DNA from: an uncultured Actinomycetes bacterium
Lineage (GTDB): Bacteria > Actinomycetota > Actinomycetes > S36-B12 > CAIYMF01
Reading direction: 5' to 3'
DNA: 32,000 nucleotides
Assembly: GCA_963843975.1 (NCBI GenBank)
Contig: CAWJMG010000003.1
Location: 360,001-392,000, forward strand
The position numbers were made by a program, and so were the translations under genes. This document shows positions 27,734-32,000 of this stretch, piece after piece (the stretch's first letter is position 1; the number at the start of each line of letters is the position of its first letter). The notes under the pieces were generated by a model, which saw only the letters and a list, made by a program, of their open reading frames with translations, ran no database searches and was not told where the DNA came from.

Positions 27734-28519
27734 GTGACCCGTCAGGTCCGCATCGGCGTCCAGATCCAGCCGCAGCACGCCGACTACGCCGAGATCCGCC
27801 GCGCCGTCGCGGCCGCCGAGGATGCCGGCGTCGACATCGTGTTCAACTGGGACCACTTCTTCCCGCTGTACGGCGAGCCCGATGGCGAGCACTTCGAGTG
27901 CTGGACCATGCTCGGTGCCTGGGCGGAGGCCACCACGCGTGTCGAGATCGGCGCGCTGGTCACCTGCAACTCGTACCGCAACCCCGAGCTGCTCGCCGAC
28001 ATGGCCCGCACGGTCGACCACATCAGCGGCGGCCGCCTGATCCTCGGTAACGGCGCCGGCTGGTTCCAGCGCGACTACGACGAGTACGGCTACGACTTCG
28101 GCACTCCGGGCAGCCGCCTCGCTGACCTCGAGCAGGCGCTGCCGCGCATCGAGAAGCGCTGGTCCGTCCTGAACCCCGCCCCGGTGCGCGACATCCCCGT
28201 GCTCATCGGTGGCGGCGGCGAGAAGAAGACGCTGCGCTACACCGCTCGCCACGGCGACATCTGGCACAGCTTCGGCGACCTCGACACCTTCACCCGCAAG
28301 TCGGGGATCCTCGACGACTGGTGCCGCGCGGAGGGCCGCGACCCCGCGGAGATCGAGCGCTCGGTCGGCGTCGAGGGCGATCCGCACGCGAAGGGGCAGC
28401 CCCTGCTGGACGCCGGCGTCACGCTCTTCACGATCGGCCTGGGCGGGCCGTCGTACGACATCGACAAGGTGGCGCCGTGGGTCGCCTGGCGCGACGAGGT
28501 CAACGCCGGGCGCAGCTGA
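27734..28519 (+). CDS. LLM-class F420-dependent oxidoreductase (Rv1855c-like subgroup)
   Basis: The 261-aa ORF starts at a GTG with GGAGG upstream. It contains RIGVQIQPQHADYAEIRRAVAAAEDAGVDIVFNWDHFFPLYG...ALVTCNSYRNPELLADMARTVDHISGGRLILGNGAGW. Confidence 0.9.
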   Translation: MTRQVRIGVQIQPQHADYAEIRRAVAAAEDAGVDIVFNWDHFFPLYGEPDGEHFECWTMLGAWAEATTRVEIGALVTCNSYRNPELLADMARTVDHISGGRLILGNGAGWFQRDYDEYGYDFGTPGSRLADLEQALPRIEKRWSVLNPAPVRDIPVLIGGGGEKKTLRYTARHGDIWHSFGDLDTFTRKSGILDDWCRAEGRDPAEIERSVGVEGDPHAKGQPLLDAGVTLFTIGLGGPSYDIDKVAPWVAWRDEVNAGRS

Positions 28520-28549
28520 TCTGCGGCTGCTCCCGCGCCGCGGACGCTC

Positions 28550-28582
28550 GACGCGAGCCCCTGCTCAGCAGGGGCTCGCGTC
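28550..28582 (+). terminator. stem-loop terminator after the F420 LLM gene
   Basis: A perfect 15-bp inverted repeat, gacgcgagcccctgc / gcaggggctcgcgtc, has a 3-nt loop. It begins 31 nt after the stop at 28519. The U-tract is weak (gtct). Confidence 0.55.
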
Positions 28583-28705
28583 GTCTACGTCCCGAGGAGG
28601 TTTCGAGACGTGCCGAGAGCGGTACTCCTGCGCCATGAGCCCCCCGTATGCGCTGGACCCAGCCTCGCGTGCGCCATGCGCAACCCGCGCGCTCGGGCCG
28701 GGAGC

Positions 28706-29773
28706 ATGAGCCGCATCGCTGCGGCGCGGGGGGTCGTGGCCCGGCATGGCTACCCCCAGGAGGAGATAACCCGAGCCTTCTCCGAGCTCGTGAACCCGGA
28801 CGGCTCTCGGAGTCGGGCCGTACGGTCGATCCACGCGTCGGCTGGCGTGGAGCACCGATTCCTCGCCCTCCCGCTGGACGAGTACGCGTCCCTCGACGGC
28901 TTCGGCGCGAGCAACGACGCCTTCATCCGCGTCGGGCTCGATCTCGCCGAGGAGGCTGTCCTCGCGACGCTCGAGCAGGCAGGGCTGACGCCCGGTGATG
29001 TCGACCTCGTGGTCTCGACCTCGGTCACCGGTATCGCAGCACCATCCCTGGAGGCTCGGCTGGCCTCGCGCATCGGGCTCCGCCCCGACGTGAAGCGCAT
29101 CCCGATCTTCGGCCTGGGATGCGTCGCCGGAGCGGCCGGCATCGCTCGGATCCACGACTATCTCGCCGGCCACCCCGACGGCGTGGCGGTGCTTCTCTCG
29201 GTCGAGCTCTGCTCGCTCACCGTGCAGCGCGACGACAGCTCGATGGCCAACATCGTGGCGAGCGCCCTGTTCGGCGACGGCGCCGCGGCAGTGGTGATGG
29301 TCGGAGACGGACGCTCTGGCGATGCCACCGGTCCGGAGGTCGTCGCGTCGCGCAGCCGGCTCTACCCCCACAGCGAGCGGACGATGGGGTGGGACATCGG
29401 CAGCTCCGGCTTCCGCATCGTGCTGTCGGCGTCCGTCCCCGACCTGGTGACGACCTATCTCGGGGACGACGTCGCCGACCTGCTCGCCGACCACGACCTC
29501 AAGGTCGGCGACGTCACCACGTGGGTGTGCCACCCCGGCGGGCCCAAGGTGCTCCTCGCGATGGAGGAGGCCCTCGACCTGCGCGACGGGCAGCTCGGCG
29601 TGACCTGGAGGTCGCTGGCCCGCGTGGGCAACCTGTCGTCCGCCTCCGTGCTCCACGTTCTCGCGGACACCCTCGCGGCGGCGCGGTCGCAGCCTCCCGA
29701 GGAGGGAGCCCCTGGGGTCTTGCTCGCGATGGGGCCCGGCTTCTGCTCCGAGGTCGTGCTGCTGCGATGGTGA
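28706..29773 (+). CDS. type III polyketide synthase (chalcone/stilbene synthase family)
   Basis: The ORF 28610..29773 was trimmed to the ATG at 28706; the ATG at 28676 is also possible. The catalytic triad contexts are FGLGCVAGAAG (Cys), VCHPGGPKV (His) and VGNLSSASV (Asn). Confidence 0.92.
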   Translation: MSRIAAARGVVARHGYPQEEITRAFSELVNPDGSRSRAVRSIHASAGVEHRFLALPLDEYASLDGFGASNDAFIRVGLDLAEEAVLATLEQAGLTPGDVDLVVSTSVTGIAAPSLEARLASRIGLRPDVKRIPIFGLGCVAGAAGIARIHDYLAGHPDGVAVLLSVELCSLTVQRDDSSMANIVASALFGDGAAAVVMVGDGRSGDATGPEVVASRSRLYPHSERTMGWDIGSSGFRIVLSASVPDLVTTYLGDDVADLLADHDLKVGDVTTWVCHPGGPKVLLAMEEALDLRDGQLGVTWRSLARVGNLSSASVLHVLADTLAAARSQPPEEGAPGVLLAMGPGFCSEVVLLRW

Positions 29774-29825
29774 CGGCGTACACCGTGCTCGTGCTGCTCG
29801 TCGCGCTCGAACGGCTCGCCGAGCC

Positions 29826-30287
29826 GTGGTCTCCCGTCGCAACCTCGCGTGGAGCTACGCGCGCGGTGGCGTCGAGTACGGCGCCGGGCACTACCCGTTC
29901 ATGGTCGTGCTGCACGTCGGGCTCCTCGTCGGCTGCCTCGTCGAGGTACAGGTGGCGGACCGCCACCCCCTGCCCCTCCTCGCCTCGGTGATGGTGGCGC
30001 TCGTCCTGGCTTCGCAAGCGCTGCGCTGGTGGTGCATCACCACGCTCGGCCCCCGGTGGAACACGCGAGTCGTGGTGGTCCCGGACCTCGCCCCCGTGAC
30101 CTCGGGTCCCTATCGCTACCTGCGGCACCCCAACTACGTGGCGGTCGTCGTCGAGGGGTTTGCACTCCCGCTCGCGGGCTCCGCGTGGGTCACCGCTCTG
30201 GTCTTCACTGTGCTGAACGCGATGCTCCTGACGGTACGGATCCGGGAGGAGGACGCCGCCCTCGCCACCCTGGTGCCCAGCCCGTGA
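29826..30287 (+). CDS. isoprenylcysteine carboxyl methyltransferase (ICMT)-family membrane methyltransferase; intact ORF portion (see frameshift finding)
   Basis: The 153-aa ORF contains GPYRYLRHPNYVAVVVEGFALPL and multiple TM helices. Its stop overlaps the next start (GTGA at 30284-30287). A likely original N-terminus (MVTAYTVLVLLVALERLAE, from the ATG at 29767) lies in another frame. Confidence 0.8.
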   Translation: MVSRRNLAWSYARGGVEYGAGHYPFMVVLHVGLLVGCLVEVQVADRHPLPLLASVMVALVLASQALRWWCITTLGPRWNTRVVVVPDLAPVTSGPYRYLRHPNYVAVVVEGFALPLAGSAWVTALVFTVLNAMLLTVRIREEDAALATLVPSP

Positions 30288-31303
30288 TCGACCTCGTCGT
30301 GGTGGGTGGCGGTCCCGTCGGCCTGATGGTTGCCGTGCACGCACGGCTGGCGGGGCTGGAGGTCGTGGTCCTCGAGCAGCGAGCCTCCGCGCCCGACAAG
30401 GCGTGCGGCGAAGGGCTGATGCCGGACGCCCTCCGCCGGCTGAACGCCGTCGGGGTCGACCCCGAGGGCGCCGCACTCGCAGGGATCCGGTACGTCGACG
30501 GTGGGCGCGACGTGCGTGCCCGGTTCTCGGCCGGCCCCGGCCGCGGCGTCCGCCGTACGACTCTGGTGGACGCGCTCGAAGCTCGCGCGCGGGACCTCGG
30601 GGCACAGCTGGTCACCGGCACCGTCGGCTCGCTGGCTCAGGTCGGCACGCACGTCGTCGTCTCGGGGATCCAGGCCCGCTACGCGGTGGCCGCGGACGGC
30701 CTGCACTCGTCCGTGCGCACCCAGCTCGGGCTGCAGCGGCCGGCCCGGGGAGCTCGTCGTTACGGAGTACGCCAGCACTTCCGCGCGGAGCCGTGGAGCG
30801 ACCTGGTCGAGGTGCACTGGACGCGTGAGGCCGAGGTCTACGTGACGCCCGTGGCCCACGACCTCGTCGGGGTCGCCGCGCTCGGCACGCGGCCCCTGTC
30901 GTTCGACGCAGCGATGAGTGCGACACCCGCGGTCGGCGAGCGGCTCGAGGGAGCGGTCGCGGCGAGCCGGGTGCTGGGCGCCGGCCCGCTGCTGCAGCAG
31001 ACCTCGGCGCGGGTGCGCGGGCGGGTTCTGCTCGTGGGCGATGCCGCCGGCTACGTGGACGCCCTCACCGGGGAGGGTCTGCGCCTCGGCTTCGCCGGAG
31101 CGGAGGCGGTGGTCGCCGCCGTGCTGGCCGACGATCCCGGCAGCTATGAGCGGGAGTGGCTGCGGCTGACCCGGTCGTACCGGCTCCTGACCCACGGACT
31201 CCTCGCCGCCGCGACACGCCCCCGGCTCCGACGCGGGATCGTCCCCGCGGCTGCCGGCTGGCCGTGGGCGTTCGGCCGCGTTGTGGACGCGCTCGCCGGC
31301 TGA
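30284..31303 (+). CDS. FAD-dependent oxidoreductase / aromatic hydroxylase-like (geranylgeranyl-reductase-type fold)
   Basis: The ORF 29849..31303 was trimmed to the GTG at 30284. It has the dinucleotide-binding motif DLVVVGGGPVGL, AADGLHSSVR and LVGDAAGYVDALTGEGL. Confidence 0.85.
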   Translation: MIDLVVVGGGPVGLMVAVHARLAGLEVVVLEQRASAPDKACGEGLMPDALRRLNAVGVDPEGAALAGIRYVDGGRDVRARFSAGPGRGVRRTTLVDALEARARDLGAQLVTGTVGSLAQVGTHVVVSGIQARYAVAADGLHSSVRTQLGLQRPARGARRYGVRQHFRAEPWSDLVEVHWTREAEVYVTPVAHDLVGVAALGTRPLSFDAAMSATPAVGERLEGAVAASRVLGAGPLLQQTSARVRGRVLLVGDAAGYVDALTGEGLRLGFAGAEAVVAAVLADDPGSYEREWLRLTRSYRLLTHGLLAAATRPRLRRGIVPAAAGWPWAFGRVVDALAG

Positions 31304-31393
31304 GCCCGCTGCCGGACTGACCGCCGAGGATCGGCGCCGCCAGGATCGGCGTCGCGAGGGCGAATTGCCGCTGAGCGTCGCTAGTCTCCCGCC

Positions 31394-32000
31394 ATGCGTG
31401 TTGTCGTGCTGGGTGCCGGGTTCGGCGGTCTCGAGGTCTCGACGCGTCTGTCGGAGGCGTTGGGGGAGCAGGCGGACGTCGTCCTTGTCGACAAGGCCGA
31501 CGGCTTCGTCTTCGGGTTCTCCAAGCTCGACGTGATGTTCGGCCGGGTCGCGGCCCGGCACGTCGTGCACCGATTCGCCGACCTCGCGCATCCCGGCGTG
31601 CGCGTCCTGCAGGCCGAGGTCACCTCGATCGACCCCGCCGCGCGGCGCGTGGTGACGACCGCCGAGACCCTGGACGCCGACATCCTCGTGGTGGCGCTCG
31701 GGGCCGACCTCCACCCCGAGCTCACGCCGGGTCTGGTCGAGGGCGGCCACGAGTTCTACACCGTCGCCGGTGCGTTCGCGCTCGCCGACGTCCTCGCGGC
31801 GTTCGACGGCGGTCGCGTCGTCATCGGCGTCACCGGCACCCCGTTCAAGTGCCCGCCCGCTCCGAGCGAGACGACGCTGCTCATGCACGACCTGCTCGAG
31901 GCGAAGGGGGTGCTCGAGCGGTCGAGCATCGATCTCGTGATGCCGCTCGGCGTGCCGATCCCGCCCTCGCCGCAGGCGTCGACGACGATCCTCGAGGCGT
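31394..32000 (+). CDS. NAD(P)/FAD-dependent oxidoreductase, sulfide:quinone oxidoreductase / NDH-2-like (partial; continues beyond window end)
   Basis: This ORF is absent from the track because it has no stop codon in the window. From the ATG at 31394 it reads MRVVVLGAGFGGLEVSTRL...VIGVTGTPFKCPPAPSETTLLMHDLL. The GxGxxG and FKCPPAP motifs are typical of SQR-type flavoproteins. Confidence 0.8.
   Translation, partial: MRVVVLGAGFGGLEVSTRLSEALGEQADVVLVDKADGFVFGFSKLDVMFGRVAARHVVHRFADLAHPGVRVLQAEVTSIDPAARRVVTTAETLDADILVVALGADLHPELTPGLVEGGHEFYTVAGAFALADVLAAFDGGRVVIGVTGTPFKCPPAPSETTLLMHDLLEAKGVLERSSIDLVMPLGVPIPPSPQASTTILEA

Overview
This is a very GC-rich chromosomal segment, judged by eye and not computed. 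Codon bias and gene content point to Actinomycetota, possibly a Micrococcales-like organism; that placement is an inference. Coding density is high and most of the content is core or metabolic. I found no transposase, integrase, phage gene, CRISPR array, rRNA or tRNA. Many long ORFs in the track are antisense or out-of-frame artefacts of the GC bias and were discarded.

Gene order from left to right:
- A CopD-like membrane protein (partial) and a YdeI-family protein.
- The DEAH helicase HrpA, then two membrane proteins.
- A minus-strand operon of beta-ureidopropionase, dihydropyrimidinase and an LLM/F420-type oxidoreductase.
- A VOC protein, then a PlsC-type acyltransferase lying back to back with a DinB protein.
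- A small hypothetical protein and a DUF4192 protein.
- A patatin plus acyltransferase pair, then a secreted Cys-rich protein.
- A degenerate EAL-like protein, a USP and an HhH-GPD protein.
- The principal-type sigma factor.
- A six-gene minus-strand operon: hemerythrin, TetR, SRPBCC, Ddn-type F420H2 reductase, a hemerythrin-SRPBCC fusion and a membrane protein.
- An ORF-poor stretch, then two LLM oxidoreductases and an orphan protein.
- An SrsABC-like cluster (type III PKS, ICMT-family methyltransferase, FAD oxidoreductase).
- A partial SQR/NDH-2-like oxidoreductase.

The most unusual items:
1. The translationally coupled operon with a duplicated hemerythrin plus SRPBCC module.
2. A conserved non-coding element of about 61 nt, present twice next to the LLM genes.
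3. A pyrimidine-catabolism operon in which an F420-type LLM enzyme sits where dihydropyrimidine dehydrogenase would be expected.
4. An apparent 1-nt frameshift at the 5' end of the methyltransferase in the PKS cluster.

Nothing here can be shown to be a new system from sequence alone. All functional calls rest on motif recognition by eye.
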